Positions 23,291 through 23,936 of a stretch of DNA of 23,936 bases are shown here, piece after piece. The notes below the pieces were generated by a model. That model searched no databases and had not been told where the DNA came from. It worked only from the letters and a program-made list of their open reading frames with translations. A program made the position numbers and the translations under genes. The stretch comes from a virus. Numbering within the stretch: the first letter of the stretch is position 1; the number at the start of each line of letters is the position of its first letter. Where the stretch lies: IMG/VR virus record IMGVR_UViG_3300010236_000015; one strand, 5' to 3'.

Positions 23291-23936
23291 TCGACAGAGC
23301 GCCTATGAGAACTCCTAGACTCGGTATCGGAGTTGCTCCACCAGCCGCGACGGTCGCTACTCAGGACATCAAATCGCTCCGTGACGTGGCGACGCTCGGT
23401 TCGGAACTCGTCACCAACGGCGGGTTCACGGGCGGCGTCGCCGGCTGGACACTGGGCGCGAACTGGGCCTACGGCGCGAACAACGTCGTCCATACCGCAG
23501 GCGCGGTAGAGGCTCTGTCACAAGACATATCCGTTGTGTCCGGGACCGTCTACGTGATCTCGTTCTCACAATCCGCAGCTACCGCAGGATCTTTGACGAT
23601 CGCGATAGGAGCGGTATCCGTCGATTGGGCCTACTGGCAATCTGTGAAATCGGTTACGATTACAGCAGGCGCGACCGGGGCGTTATCGTTTTCGATTACT
23701 CCGACTACCGATTATGACGGAACGCTTGATGACATTTCCGTCAAGGCTATAGTAGCGTATACGCTCCCTGTGGCCAGGTTGCTGAACGCAGATGGCAGCA
23801 TCGGAGCGGAGATTCGATCTGGGGGATCGGGACTATCCAACACCGCGATCGGGCTCAACGCGCTCTATGCGAACACCACGGGCAACTACAACACTGCGAT
23901 CGGGCGAGACGCGCTCAGATCGAACACCACGGGCAC
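23287..23936 (+). CDS. Fibre/spike protein, 3'-truncated
   Basis: Not in the ORF track. ATGA overlap at 23287, open to the window end; ELVTNGGFTGGVAGWT (CBM-like), then SNTAIGLNALYANTTGNYNTAIGRDALRSNTTG 17-aa repeats. Confidence 0.8.
   Translation, partial: MIDRAPMRTPRLGIGVAPPAATVATQDIKSLRDVATLGSELVTNGGFTGGVAGWTLGANWAYGANNVVHTAGAVEALSQDISVVSGTVYVISFSQSAATAGSLTIAIGAVSVDWAYWQSVKSVTITAGATGALSFSITPTTDYDGTLDDISVKAIVAYTLPVARLLNADGSIGAEIRSGGSGLSNTAIGLNALYANTTGNYNTAIGRDALRSNTTG

Larger units (their letters stand above)
1..23936. mobile_element. Archaeal HK97-fold virus genome (near-complete or large fragment), probable methanogen host
   Basis: TerL, portal, gpF/protease/scaffold, MCP and fibre genes in canonical order; SF3 helicase; Bet recombinase; archaeal TATA/leaderless architecture; many RHH genes; pervasive ATGA/TGATG gene overlaps. 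Confidence 0.9.

Noticed and set aside
1264-23493. Many long antisense or alternate-frame ORFs in the track (e.g. 2228-2833, 5183-5893, 6229-6825, 16190-16780, 20253-20822, 22624-23169)
   Set aside because: They overlap motif-supported genes, are R/P/G/S-biased and are expected in GC-rich DNA
1-23936. CRISPR array or mini-array to feed the type IV-B module
   Set aside because: No 25-40 bp repeats with unique regular spacers, and no GTTTCAAT/ATTGAAAC-type repeat ends were seen by eye; a degenerate single repeat cannot be excluded without a search
1-23936. Integrase, att sites, transposase, tRNA or rRNA genes
   Set aside because: No tyrosine/serine recombinase or DDE motifs and no cloverleaf or rRNA signatures recognised

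Overview
Gene-dense, GC-rich (roughly 60% by eye) window that reads as most or all of the genome of an archaeal HK97-fold (Caudoviricetes-type) virus. The host is inferred to be a Methanosarcinia-type methanogen, from TATA boxes about 26 nt upstream of leaderless ATGs, a GINS-B-like miniprotein, a PriL-like Fe-S domain and a methanogen-style glutaredoxin. Modules: 3' end of a repeat-rich fibre gene with an S74 chaperone (1-664); minus-strand recombination genes (Bet/RecT, Gam-like) and an ERCC4-type nuclease; several RHH/AbrB regulators around three bidirectional TATA boxes; a complete array-less type IV-B CRISPR-Cas effector operon (csf1-cas11-csf2-csf3-cysH-like, 5453-8892); a replication module (PriL-CTD-like domain fused to a D5/SF3 helicase with no catalytic primase, an internal iteron-like origin, a stand-alone GINS B-domain protein, glutaredoxin); then TerS, TerL, portal, a gpF-protease-scaffold fusion, decoration protein, major capsid protein, two spike-like proteins and the 5' end of a fibre gene. 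Both window ends fall inside the same type of 17-aa-repeat fibre protein, which suggests a near-complete circular or permuted genome. No tail tube, tape measure, integrase, CRISPR array, cas6 or cas1/cas2 was recognised. All family calls come from motif recognition by eye, not database searches.
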